From assembly GCA_022009755.1 (NCBI GenBank), contig CP091722.1, positions 1,092,098 through 1,156,097 on the forward strand: 64,000 nucleotides of DNA. The letters run 5' to 3'. Below are positions 1 to 9,583 of this stretch, piece after piece (the stretch's first letter is position 1; every line of letters starts with the position of its first letter). The notes below the pieces were generated by a model, which ran no database searches, was not told where the DNA came from, and was given only the letters and a program-made list of their open reading frames with translations. The stretch is from Oscillospiraceae bacterium. GTDB taxonomy: Bacteria; Bacillota; Clostridia; Christensenellales; QALW01. The position numbers were made by a program, and so were the translations under genes.

Positions 1-921
1 GCACTCACTCAGGTATACGCCTCCACCCTTCGCGAAACCGAGCACACCGTGGTGCCCATGGTTGCAAGCGTCGCCGCCGTCATTGTAAACGGCGTGTTCA
101 ACTATATCTTCATCTTCGGCGCCTTCGGAATACCGGCAATGGGCGTGCGCGGCGCCGCCATCGGCACCATCATCGCCCGCTGCACCGAGCTTCTTATCGT
201 GCTTTTATGGACTCACCTGCACAGCGGCAAGGTCCCGTATATAAAGGGCGCGTACCGCTCCTTCTATATTCCCGGCCGCCTTGCCGGGCAGATAACCCTC
301 AAGGGCGCCCCCCTGTTTTTCAACGAGCTTCTCTGGGCTCTGGGCATGACCGTAATGACGCAGTGCTATTCCACCCGCGGCCTCAGCGCCGTGGCGGCGG
401 TCAATATCTCCTCCACCATCAGCAATATCTTTAATATATTCTATATGTCAATGGGTACTGCGGTGGCCATCATGGTGGGCAGCCTGCTGGGCGCCGGAAA
501 AATCGAGGAGGCCAAGGATACCGACCGCAAGCTCATCGCCTTTTCCTGCACGGTATCCGTGGGCATAGGCATCATCATGGCGTCGTTTTCCCATGTCTTC
601 ACCCTCTTTTACGATGTATCCGAGCAGGTGCGGCAGCTGGCTGTATATATGATGATAATTTCCTCTGCAATGATGCCCTTTAACTCCTATGTACACAACT
701 GCTACTTTACCCTGCGCTCCGGCGGCCAGACCATGATAACCTTTCTGTTTGACTGCGTATTTGTCTGGTGCATAAGCGTCCCCACCGCCCTGCTGCTCTC
801 CCGCTGCACCGATCTTGACATACTGCCCCTCTACGCAATATGTGTCTGCTTGGATATCATTAAATGCGTCATCGGCTTCTTTATGCTGCGCTCCGGCAAA
901 TGGGCAAAAAAGCTTGTGTAA
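1..921 (+). CDS. MATE family efflux transporter, C-terminal part (5' end outside window)
   Basis: The frame is open from the window edge to TAA 919-921 (track ORF 49..921). The translation is a run of hydrophobic helices with MATE-like segments (GIPAMGVRGAAIGTIIARCTELLIVL, SSAMMPFNSYVHNCYFTLRSGGQT). Confidence 0.75.
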   Translation, partial: ALTQVYASTLRETEHTVVPMVASVAAVIVNGVFNYIFIFGAFGIPAMGVRGAAIGTIIARCTELLIVLLWTHLHSGKVPYIKGAYRSFYIPGRLAGQITLKGAPLFFNELLWALGMTVMTQCYSTRGLSAVAAVNISSTISNIFNIFYMSMGTAVAIMVGSLLGAGKIEEAKDTDRKLIAFSCTVSVGIGIIMASFSHVFTLFYDVSEQVRQLAVYMMIISSAMMPFNSYVHNCYFTLRSGGQTMITFLFDCVFVWCISVPTALLLSRCTDLDILPLYAICVCLDIIKCVIGFFMLRSGKWAKKLV

Positions 922-957
922 AAGCTTGTGTAAAAGCTTGTGTAAAAGCTTGTGTAA
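908..957. repeat. 12-bp perfect tandem repeat x4 (AAGCTTGTGTAA) reiterating the MATE stop codon
   Basis: Read directly from the sequence. In the MATE frame each unit reads K-L-V-stop, and the first stop is at 919-921. Confidence 0.95.
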
Positions 958-1009
958 TAAACAAATTCACAAAATCAAAACAGATTCGGAAAATCAAATA
1001 TTCGACCTT

Positions 1010-1054
1010 AAAAAGCATCTCCGCTACGCAAAACGGCAGCGGAGATGCTTTTTG
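1010..1054. terminator. Bidirectional rho-independent terminator between convergent genes
   Basis: Perfect 11-bp stem GCATCTCCGCT (1015-1025) / AGCGGAGATGC (1038-1048), with an A-run before it and a T-run at 1049-1053 after it. Confidence 0.75.
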
Positions 1055-1150
1055 TTCGTATTTTTTTATTCAGGTTTCTTAAGGCAAAAGCCTGCCGCTC
1101 CCTGCCCGCCCACCCCGCCTGCAGGCTTTTTGCCCCTAGGCAGTGTGTGC

Positions 1151-2992
1151 TTAAAACGCGCTTTTACGGCAATCCCCGTCATTTTCCCCTGTAACTGAAG
1201 CTGAAGCGCCCCATGGGCAGCGACTGCCCCGATACATAATAATCCGTAATATCCTCTGACTTCTCCACGGAATCCGCCAGCTTGAAATACAGCGAAACTC
1301 TCCCGTAAGCCCAAGCAGCTCACGGCTCAGAGTTATATACATTTCCTTGCCCTGCACGCTCACCTCCGCCTTGCCGGCATCCGTAAGGGAAAAATCCGAG
1401 CTCAGCCGGCTCACGCTGCCCTCTGATGCACGGTTGAGCACATACTCATAGCCCTCCCAGCCCTTGAGCGCCGGCTCTCCCGTGCCTATAAACAGGTTCA
1501 TCCACTCCGTGCCCGTCCTGTCTCCTATGTCCTGCTGCGCAGTTATCCGAAATACAGGTTCTTTTCGTCATGCACCAGCTCTATCTTCTGCACATTTACC
1601 CGTCCGGCCTCCTGCCTGTATGTTTTTCCGCCCCATGCCGCACGGCTTTTGCGCGCGGAATTATCGCTGCCGAAATCATAATAGCACTTCGCCCTCGACC
1701 AATCGGCGCCGCTTGCCGCCGGGTACACCTTTGCCTCTCCCGTGCTCTTGAAGCGCCGCACATTCTGCACCGTCTGCAAAAGGTAATTGTCCCCGCTGCC
1801 CCCCTTCATCGGCTCTATATCGCGGGAAAATTCCTCGTTCACCGCATCTGCAAAAAACACCTCCGGCGAGGTATCCGGGTTCATAACCAGCTTTTGCGCT
1901 ATCCATTCGTTAAAGCCGTCAATAAACACAATCTCCGGGTCGTTCTCAACGGCATAATCCCACTGCGAGGCATAAAACAGCCCCTGAGCAACGCCGCTCT
2001 TGTCATTTGTCCTGCCGTTCCAGCCCCGCCCCCTGATCTTTGTGCGGAACACGCTTGCCCAGCTCAGCGCATGGCTCATAGGTGCGCCCCAACCCGATGC
2101 CGGCGAAACGCTTATAACCCCCTGTGATCCTTCTGCTCATATCTTCCCCAGTCTATCCACGGAAAAGCCTCCGGCACAAACTCCTCGTCCGGCCACTGCG
2201 GCGCACGGAAATGGAAAAACTCCGCTATCTCCTTTGAATACGCTCCGCGCTTTACTCCGCTGCCCGTAACCACCCCTTCCGTGTCCGGGTCGGGATAGGC
2301 TATCATATACGGCTTGCCGTCGGAATACGGCGTCCACCACGACTTGGGACACCAGTTCTTTTTGTATATCTCGCTGTAAAGCTGCTCCACCACGCCCTTG
2401 GAATCCACATGAGTAAAAAATGTTATCTGCGGGCAGTCAAAGCCTTCGCTTCTGTATTCCTCTATAAGCTTCATTATCAGCTTTATGGGCTTGGGGTACA
2501 CCGTTCCGTTGGAAAGATCCACGGCAATAAAATCCACTCCCGCATATGTAAGCAACTCAAGATGCCGCCGCAGCACCCATTCATCGGTAGCGGAATAATA
2601 GCCGTAAAGCGGCTCTCCCCACCAGTGAAACGCATACAGCGGGCTTTTTCCGTGCCGTTCGTGTTCCACAGGTCGTCCGGCGCCTCCTTTAACAGCTTTG
2701 ATATATCATATATATCGCTCACCTGATGCTGTCCCTGCCACAGCCAGTAAAAGCAGCCCACATATTTTCCGTCCCTTTCGCCCCCGGCGGCATTGAACAC
2801 TCTTCCCAGAGCATCCACCCCCACAAGCGAGGAATAATCCTTGGCCGTAAGCTCCGCGTCCGGCACGCCGCCGCCTGTCACCGTCCCCCCGGTCACATCC
2901 GAAGATACCCCCGGACTGTTTCCCGGCAGCGTCTGGCAGCCGCACAGCAGCACGGCGGCAATCAGCGCACATATCATCTTTACTGTTTTCAT
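1151..2992 (-). CDS. Secreted lipoprotein, glycoside-hydrolase-like (family uncertain); reading frame broken three times in this assembly
   Basis: Four consecutive minus-strand ORFs (2992-2483, 2669-2112, 2079-1543, 1501-1151) read as one protein after frame changes. The N-terminus MKTVKMICALIAAVLLCGCQ is a signal peptide plus lipobox. The central part (FHWWGEPLYGYYSATDEWVLRRHLELLTYAGVDFIAVDLSNG) resembles TIM-barrel glycosidase-like proteins. A GGAGAG RBS precedes ATG 2992. Confidence 0.6.
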
Positions 2993-3150
2993 ATTTCTCT
3001 CCTGCCTGAATTTTGTTTTTGCGTATCTATGTTTATTTTAACATATCCTCTGCGCTGTTTCAATATTTAATGCCGTCCCAAATCAAAAATACCAAAAAAA
3101 GAACAGCGGATATCTCCGCTGCCCTCTCATCTTTATGCTGAAAAACAGTC

Positions 3151-4233
3151 TTATACCAGCACCGTCTTAATGTTTTTCCCTGCCTCCGCATCCGCTATGG
3201 CGGTATTTATGTCCTCCAGCTTATATTCCTTTGCAAAGCTGCGGAATATCCTGCACAGCTCCGGGTTTGCAATAAGAAAATCAAGATAGCTCTTAACATC
3301 GCTTATGCTGTACTGGGAGGAGCCTATAATATGCAGCGCCTTGAAGGTTATCATCTCCGGGCTTACGCTCACTCCGCCGCTCACCGAATACTGTCCCGGC
3401 ACCATGTATACTCCGCGGTTGCGCAGAATATCCAGTCCCGTGGGGAACGCCGACGGCGCACCGCTTGCCTCCAGACAGAAATCCGCGCCCAGTCCGTCCG
3501 TCATTTTCATGATCTCACCCTTTATATCGTCCTTAAGGGTCAGTACACGGCTTACGCCTATTTTCTTGGCCGCTCTTTCCCGCTGCTCATCGTGCGCCGC
3601 AGTAACGGCCACAACATTCTTTACGCCCAGGGAAGCAAAATATGCCGCCGCAAAGGTGCCCATCGGCCCCAGTCCCTGCACCACTGCGGTGTCATCCGCC
3701 TTCGTCTCCCAGCCCGCTTTTTTTGCTAACGCTATGTTGTGCATTATCGTAGAACCCACGCAGGCATACACGCACACCGTCACCGGGTCCAGCCCGTCCG
3801 GTATCTTTATCAGGTTCTCCACCGGCGCAAAGCTCTTGCGGGCATAGCCGCCGTGCAGATACGGCGCCTCATCCGGGTTCCCGCCGTTTGTCACTCCCAT
3901 GTTCACGCAGTTTGCATCATCACCGTTTCTGCACAGCCTGCACTTGCCGCAGGGGCAGGCAATATCCACTATCGCGCGGTCACCCTTTCTGATTCCGCTG
4001 CGCTCGCTGTCCTCCTTTGATATGTCCTCCACCGTTCCTATAAACTCATGTCCTATAATGCGGTTAGAAGGCATCGCCAGCCTGCCCTTATGAATGTGTA
4101 CATCCGTGCCGCATACGCCGCTTGCAAGCAGCGACAGTCTTGCCATGCCGGCCGGCGCAGCAACCACCGGGAACTCCTTAAGCACAAACGGCTTGCCCGC
4201 CCCTTCAAATACCGCAGCCTTAACTTTTTCCAT
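3151..4233 (-). CDS. Zinc-dependent alcohol/polyol dehydrogenase (MDR superfamily)
   Basis: Catalytic-Zn motif GHEFIGTVEDI, structural-Zn Cys cluster CPCGKCRLCRNGDDANC, and nucleotide-binding GLGPMG. I prefer ATG 4233 (MEKVKAAVF), which is preceded by GGAAGGGTGAG, over the track start at 4272. Confidence 0.85.
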   Translation of the reverse strand: MEKVKAAVFEGAGKPFVLKEFPVVAAPAGMARLSLLASGVCGTDVHIHKGRLAMPSNRIIGHEFIGTVEDISKEDSERSGIRKGDRAIVDIACPCGKCRLCRNGDDANCVNMGVTNGGNPDEAPYLHGGYARKSFAPVENLIKIPDGLDPVTVCVYACVGSTIMHNIALAKKAGWETKADDTAVVQGLGPMGTFAAAYFASLGVKNVVAVTAAHDEQRERAAKKIGVSRVLTLKDDIKGEIMKMTDGLGADFCLEASGAPSAFPTGLDILRNRGVYMVPGQYSVSGGVSVSPEMITFKALHIIGSSQYSISDVKSYLDFLIANPELCRIFRSFAKEYKLEDINTAIADAEAGKNIKTVLV

Positions 4234-4284
4234 TTTTCTCACCCTTCCGCCCGTTAAACGGCGGCCTTTCAAAAATTTATATGA

Positions 4285-4371
4285 TTTTTTTATCGTTTTT
4301 TTACTGTTTTTTTAACCGTTTTTTTGCACGCTTTTTTTAAGCGTTTTTTTGCGCATTTTTTAAATTTTTTT
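4285..4371. repeat. Array of eight phased T6-7 tracts (period about 11-12 bp)
   Basis: T-runs occupy 4285-4291, 4296-4302, 4307-4313, 4319-4325, 4332-4338, 4344-4350, 4356-4361 and 4365-4371. Each is preceded by a short G/C-containing spacer (for example aagcgTTTTTTT). Confidence 0.9.
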
Positions 4372-5265
4372 AAGCACTGTTTCCGGGCAAAAGCGCCGCC
4401 ATATATCCAATATCCGCTTAAGCTCGCTTTCCTTCATAAAGCCCTCTGTAAAGGGATATTTCCGCCCCAGCTGCTCGTATTTTGAGCGCGCAAGCGGGTT
4501 AAACGGCAGCAGATGAACTGCGCCTATCCCCCTATTTTTTGCATATTCCGCCATTTCCTCCGCCGTTCCCGGATCAGCCGAAAACCCCGGTATAATGGGC
4601 ACTCTCAGCACAAAGGGTATGTTTTTTTCCATAAGAAAATCAAGGTTTTTCTCATAGTCGCCCGCATTTCCGCACACCCTTTCATAGTCCTTCGGCAGCA
4701 GCTTCATATCCATATACACCATGTCCGTAAGCGGCGCCACGAACGCAAAAACCTCCCTTTTTACGCATCCCGCCGTATCCAGCAGCACCGGTATGCCCAT
4801 TTTTCGGCATTCCTTTGCAATCCTGCCGCACATTTCCGGCCAAAGCAGCGGCTCTCCGCCCGAAAGCGTCACTCCGCCGCCCGACGCCCTGTAAAAGGGA
4901 ATATCCTCATAAATGACGCTCATTATCTCCTTAAGCGTCATTTTCCGCCCGCTTACCCTCAGCGCATCCTGCGGACACAGGCATCCCTTGCACCCCTCTG
5001 CGGCTGCGCAGTCCGTTTCTCCGCCAAAGGGCAGCGGCAGCGCGCTTTTGCAGTTATGCGCACACACTCCGCACCCGACACAGCGGGAAGCGGCATACAT
5101 CAGCACCGGGCGCGCAGATATCGTCTCCGGGTTATGGCACCACGGGCAGTGCAGATTGCAGCCCTTGAAAAACACGGTCGTGCGCAGCCCGTCGCCGTCG
5201 TCAAAGCAGCAGCGCTGAATATCGGATATAAACGCTTGTGCCGGCTTTGTCCCCTCAGCCTTCAT
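4360..5265 (-). CDS. Glycyl-radical enzyme activating protein (radical SAM)
   Basis: Radical-SAM cluster motif CNLHCPWCHNPE and a ferredoxin-like Cys insert CVGCGVCAHNC. The start overlaps the stop of the upstream GRE gene by 11 nt. Confidence 0.9.
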   Translation of the reverse strand: MKAEGTKPAQAFISDIQRCCFDDGDGLRTTVFFKGCNLHCPWCHNPETISARPVLMYAASRCVGCGVCAHNCKSALPLPFGGETDCAAAEGCKGCLCPQDALRVSGRKMTLKEIMSVIYEDIPFYRASGGGVTLSGGEPLLWPEMCGRIAKECRKMGIPVLLDTAGCVKREVFAFVAPLTDMVYMDMKLLPKDYERVCGNAGDYEKNLDFLMEKNIPFVLRVPIIPGFSADPGTAEEMAEYAKNRGIGAVHLLPFNPLARSKYEQLGRKYPFTEGFMKESELKRILDIWRRFCPETVLKKI

Positions 5266-7456
5266 GCTCCGTCCTCCTTAAAATATCCTCCTGCACATCC
5301 CGCGAAAGAGTGGTGTAATAGGCGGAAAAGCCCGATACCCGCACTATAAGGGAGGAATAATTCTCCGGGTGATCCATGGCATCCTTGAGAACCTCCCTTG
5401 ATACGGCGTTTATCTGCACCTCCTGCCCGCCGCCGGCAAAATACACCTGTACCATGGAGGCAAGCCTGTCAAGCTTATCCTCACGGAAGGCATTGGGAGT
5501 GTATTTCTGGTTTACAACAGTTCCCAATGCGCTTTTTGTGTAATCCGGCTTGCTAAGGGAAAGCAGCGCGGCTCCGGGGCCCTGCTTATCCCTGCCGGGA
5601 GTGGCGCTTGCCGCATCGGATATAGGCATTCGCGCATAGCGTCCGTCCGCAGTGGCGGCAATTTCGCTGCCCGCGCCGATATTTGCTATATTGGACGCAA
5701 TGCCCAACGAATACTCGCCTCCGTCCGGGGTGGTGTAGCGGCGGAATATTTCATACTGCTCATCCACAAAGAAACGCGCGTATTTATCGGCATATTCATC
5801 ATTGTTGCCGTATTTGGGAGCCGCTATAAGACGGGCGCGTATCTCTGCATCCCCCTCGCCCGCAAAGTTGTCCCTCAAGGCCTGAACAAGCCGTTCCAGC
5901 GTGCAGAATTTATCCTCAAACACCACTTTTTCTATTGCCGCAAGGGAATCCGCCACGGTGGCAATGCCCATAAGCCCCACTCCGTGAACCGAAGGATAGG
6001 GTGTGCCGCCGTCGTTTATGCTAAGGCCGCTCTCCACACAACCGGGGCAGAAGCAGGAAACAAAGGGCTGCGTGTAATTCCGCGGATTGCAGCGCGAATT
6101 CTCGTTGCCGAAAAACAGCACATAGTCCCGCGCGGCAAACTCCATCTGCATTTTGAATATCTCCAGCAGCTCCTGCATGGAGGCTATTTCGGCCGCCGGC
6201 TTTGTTTTCTCGCCCATCAGATCGCCTGTAAGCATGCACCGCCCGCCGTTAAGGGCAAGCTCCAAAAACTTGGGGGTATTATAGCGTCCGTCACACCACG
6301 GCGGCTGTTTGCCGGGCAGGAAATTCTCTATGCAGCCCACCATGCAGTAATCCCGCGCGTCGCTTATATCCACTCCCCGTCTTACAAGGGAAGCAATGTT
6401 GACATCGTCATTCATAAGCGCGGGATAGCCTATGCCCGTGCCTATAACTCTCAGGCAGTCCCTTATGAAATCCTTGGGCGTTACGCTGCTTATACGCGCC
6501 GAAAGGTTCGGGCCGGGGATATTGCATATCCTTACCGCCTCAAGAATGATTCTCGAAAGGTCGTTTACCGCATTTTTGCCCTCCCGGTCCACGCCGCCTA
6601 TGGCTATATTCACCACATCATCTGCGCCGAAAAGGGTTCTGAGCTCGCCTATTTTCATAAAGGCGCTGCATACAAGCTCAAGCGCCTGCTCCCCAGTAAG
6701 CCTGCCCTGCTTTATGTCATTATTGTAATAGGGCCACAGATACTGATCCATCCGTCCCAGCGCCATGGCAAAGCGCCCCTGAATCACAAATGCCGTATGG
6801 GCAAGCCACACCAGCTGCAGCGCCTGCCGGAAGGTCTTTGGCGGCTGCTGTGCAATTGCGCGCAGCGTCTTTGCCGCCTCAAGGTTTCCGGCCTTTTCCG
6901 CATCAAGGGCATAACCCTGCACAAAGCCCGAAAAGCTCTCCATGCACTTAAGCTGAGCCAGCGCAAACTCCCGCCGCTCCCCCTCGTGTCTTTGTGCCGA
7001 AACGCGAAGCCTCTCCATTATTCCGGCTATGCCGTTTGAGAGAAAATAGCCGTAGTCCGGCGCAAAATGGTCATAGTTCGTCACCCATGACCGCCCGCCG
7101 AAGGCCGCGCACAGCGAATCCGCTCGCTTAAGCTCATCCTTATCCGCAGCAGCAAACAGTCCGCGCACCGAGCCCATGATAAGATCATCCTTATAAACAT
7201 GCCTCCGCAGCGTCAAAAGGCTTGCAAAAGCGTTTGCCCGGCGCATAGGCACCGCCAGCATGGCGGTTTCTCCCTCCACGGGCTGCATATAGCCGCGGGC
7301 AAGCAGCACATTCCTTATGACGGCTCCTTCCTCGGGCATGCGCATCTGCTCCTTTAGCGCCGCCGTGCGCGCGCTTCCCTGCATAAGGCTGAAGGGTGAT
7401 CTTGCAGGCACATCCGCGCTGTGTCCGCATCCGGCCGATGACTGCATATCTTTCAT
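5255..7456 (-). CDS. Glycyl radical enzyme, PFL2/dehydratase-eliminase class, substrate unknown
   Basis: C-terminal glycyl-radical fingerprint IVRVSGFSAYY and catalytic loop MVGCIENF (Cys with Glu two residues later). I prefer ATG 7456, preceded by GGAGGAAGCT, over the GTG at 7477 in the track. Confidence 0.9.
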   Translation of the reverse strand: MKDMQSSAGCGHSADVPARSPFSLMQGSARTAALKEQMRMPEEGAVIRNVLLARGYMQPVEGETAMLAVPMRRANAFASLLTLRRHVYKDDLIMGSVRGLFAAADKDELKRADSLCAAFGGRSWVTNYDHFAPDYGYFLSNGIAGIMERLRVSAQRHEGERREFALAQLKCMESFSGFVQGYALDAEKAGNLEAAKTLRAIAQQPPKTFRQALQLVWLAHTAFVIQGRFAMALGRMDQYLWPYYNNDIKQGRLTGEQALELVCSAFMKIGELRTLFGADDVVNIAIGGVDREGKNAVNDLSRIILEAVRICNIPGPNLSARISSVTPKDFIRDCLRVIGTGIGYPALMNDDVNIASLVRRGVDISDARDYCMVGCIENFLPGKQPPWCDGRYNTPKFLELALNGGRCMLTGDLMGEKTKPAAEIASMQELLEIFKMQMEFAARDYVLFFGNENSRCNPRNYTQPFVSCFCPGCVESGLSINDGGTPYPSVHGVGLMGIATVADSLAAIEKVVFEDKFCTLERLVQALRDNFAGEGDAEIRARLIAAPKYGNNDEYADKYARFFVDEQYEIFRRYTTPDGGEYSLGIASNIANIGAGSEIAATADGRYARMPISDAASATPGRDKQGPGAALLSLSKPDYTKSALGTVVNQKYTPNAFREDKLDRLASMVQVYFAGGGQEVQINAVSREVLKDAMDHPENYSSLIVRVSGFSAYYTTLSRDVQEDILRRTEHEG

Positions 7457-7705
7457 AGCTTCCTCCGTTTCCGGCACGGTCCCGAATTAGCCGGAGCCGT
7501 TGCCTTTGGGTGCGGCTTTAATTCCGCATCCCATTGTTTACGCCAATTATACACCGTTTCCGCCGCAGCGAAAACCCACTAATCGTATAAAGGTGGACAA
7601 AACGCATATAATATGTTAAAATCACGCTGAAAAACAAGAGCAGACGGCGCTGTTATGCCGCACGGCAAACTGAAAAACGCCGTGTCTGCGCCGCGAAAGG
7701 AAAAT

Positions 7706-8467
7706 ATGACTGCGCCGTATTACACACTGTATATTGCCTCGCTGCCCGAAGTGCTGTTTGCCCACAGATACAGCTGCAGCAAAGATTCCTGGCACCTGTC
7801 GGTAAACGCCGATATAGTGGAGATATCCGCCTGCCTTGCCGGCACAATGAAGCGCACATGCGGAAGCAGCACGGATATTTTCACGCCCGGCGAGCTGTTT
7901 GTGACCCCGCGCGACCGTCCTTATACCATGGAGGTTTCGGACGGTCACTCCCATGTAACCGCCGCTTTGGCCTTACAGCAGGACGGCATGCCCGCCCTGC
8001 TGCCCCGCACAATCGCGGCATCGGTCTGCCCCGACGCGCTGCGCGCGCTTATGACGCTTTCCGACTCCCGCCTGCCCTCCCTGAGCGCAAGCGCTGCGGC
8101 GCTTACTCTGCTTGCCGCGCTGGACGGCAGTGCCCGTGCCCAAAAGGTGGAGAATCCGCACTACAAAAAAGCTCTCAGCTATATTGAAAACAACCTTCGC
8201 GAAGCCACGCTTTTTGCGGCGGCGGAATTTGCCGGGGTATCTCCCGGCTATCTTGCCTCCCTCTTCCGCAAGCACGGCACCACCTTTACCGATTATACAA
8301 ACTCCCTTCGCATCTCCCGTGCAGGAGAGCTTATGTGTGCAAAAAACATAACCGCCCAGCGCGCAGGGGAACAGGTGGGCATATGCGACCCGAAATATTT
8401 AAGCCGGCTTTTCAAAAAATACAACGGCGTCAGCATACGCGCCTTTCGTGCGGAGCGCTCACGCTGA
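7706..8467 (+). CDS. AraC family transcriptional regulator
   Basis: C-terminal double HTH (SPGYLASLFRKHGTTFTDY and ICDPKYLSRLFKKYNGVSIRAFR). It is divergent from the GRE operon. I prefer ATG 7706, with GAAAGGAAAAT upstream, over 7655. Confidence 0.85.
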   Translation: MTAPYYTLYIASLPEVLFAHRYSCSKDSWHLSVNADIVEISACLAGTMKRTCGSSTDIFTPGELFVTPRDRPYTMEVSDGHSHVTAALALQQDGMPALLPRTIAASVCPDALRALMTLSDSRLPSLSASAAALTLLAALDGSARAQKVENPHYKKALSYIENNLREATLFAAAEFAGVSPGYLASLFRKHGTTFTDYTNSLRISRAGELMCAKNITAQRAGEQVGICDPKYLSRLFKKYNGVSIRAFRAERSR

Positions 8468-8469
8468 AA

Positions 8470-8557
8470 AAAATTCACGCCCCGGGGCGGGCGGGTGGGC
8501 AGGGGCGTGAAAACAGGCGGGTACCCGCCCGGTATCCCGCCTGTTTGTTTTTTTATT
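8470..8557. terminator. Pair of back-to-back intrinsic terminators between convergent araC-like and mscS-like genes
   Basis: Hairpin TCACGCCCC (8475-8483) / GGGGCGTGA (8502-8510) is preceded by an A-run, so it serves the minus strand. Hairpin CAGGCGGG (8514-8521) / CCCGCCTG (8536-8543) is followed by TTTGTTTTTTT, so it serves the plus strand. Confidence 0.65.
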
Positions 8558-8592
8558 TATTTTTTTACTTGTTTACTCCGCCGGCATCCGTT

Positions 8593-9417
8593 TTAATTCG
8601 GGTGCGTTTTTTCCTCCGCAGGCGGAAAGAAATGCACATCTATCTGGTTAAAGGGGATGCTTATGCCCCGCCTGTCAAACTCCTCTTTTACCTTTTCCGT
8701 CACCGCAAAGTAAACATCCCAATAGTTGTCCCGCGCGCACCACACCTTTACGCTGTACCGTATTGCGCTGTCGTCATAACCCTTTACATTTATGCTGTAT
8801 GCAGGCTCATTCAGTATCCCCACGGTGTTTTCGCATATATGCTCAAGCGCCGCCTTAACTCTTGATATATCGTCCTCATAGCCGGCTGTAAACTCAAGAT
8901 CCACCCGTCTTGTGGCATTGTATGTATAGTTGATAATGTTTGTAGCGGTAATTCCTGAGTTGGGCACCGCTATATGCTTGTTGTCCGTAGTATCAAGATG
9001 GGTAAACATAAGATCGGTGCTTATCACCTTACCTTCCACCCCGTTTATTGATACAAAATCTCCGCCCCGCAGCACCTTGCTTACCATAAGCAGCAGCCCG
9101 CTTGCTATATTGCTGAGGCTTCCCTGAAGCGCAAGGCTTATTGCCACGCCGGCTGTTCCGAGCATTGTTATAACACTTGTGGTGTTTATGCCAAGCTCCG
9201 CCATGGCGGCTATTATTATAACAATCCATATAAGTATCACCGCGCTGTTTCTGATGAACATATGCATAAGCGGCTCCACTTTTTTCTTAAGGATCTTGCC
9301 GATTATCCGCATGATCAGCATTTTAAGCAGCCAGCCGGCAAATACTATGATAGCCGCTCCCAGCACACGCGGCAGGAATTCCACTATTCTGTTCAGCATT
9401 GTTTCAAAAGCGCTCAT
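8593..9417 (-). CDS. Small-conductance mechanosensitive channel (MscS family)
   Basis: Three N-terminal TM helices followed by an MscS beta-domain-like segment (GDFVSINGVEGKVISTDLMFTHLDTTDNKHIAVPNS). Confidence 0.85.
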   Translation of the reverse strand: MSAFETMLNRIVEFLPRVLGAAIIVFAGWLLKMLIMRIIGKILKKKVEPLMHMFIRNSAVILIWIVIIIAAMAELGINTTSVITMLGTAGVAISLALQGSLSNIASGLLLMVSKVLRGGDFVSINGVEGKVISTDLMFTHLDTTDNKHIAVPNSGITATNIINYTYNATRRVDLEFTAGYEDDISRVKAALEHICENTVGILNEPAYSINVKGYDDSAIRYSVKVWCARDNYWDVYFAVTEKVKEEFDRRGISIPFNQIDVHFFPPAEEKTHPN

Positions 9418-9583
9418 TTCTTCTCCGTCCCGTTTCTTTAGTTTTATGCAGTTTCTTATCTGTTCGTTAAGCGCCCGTGCGCCTGTCCGGTTTTGCTCCC
9501 TTGTTTATTTTCTCAGCATGCGCCGCATCCCTGCCGCAGCTTGTTTTGCAGCCGCGCATCGGCTTTTTTCGTGTATGCACGGC

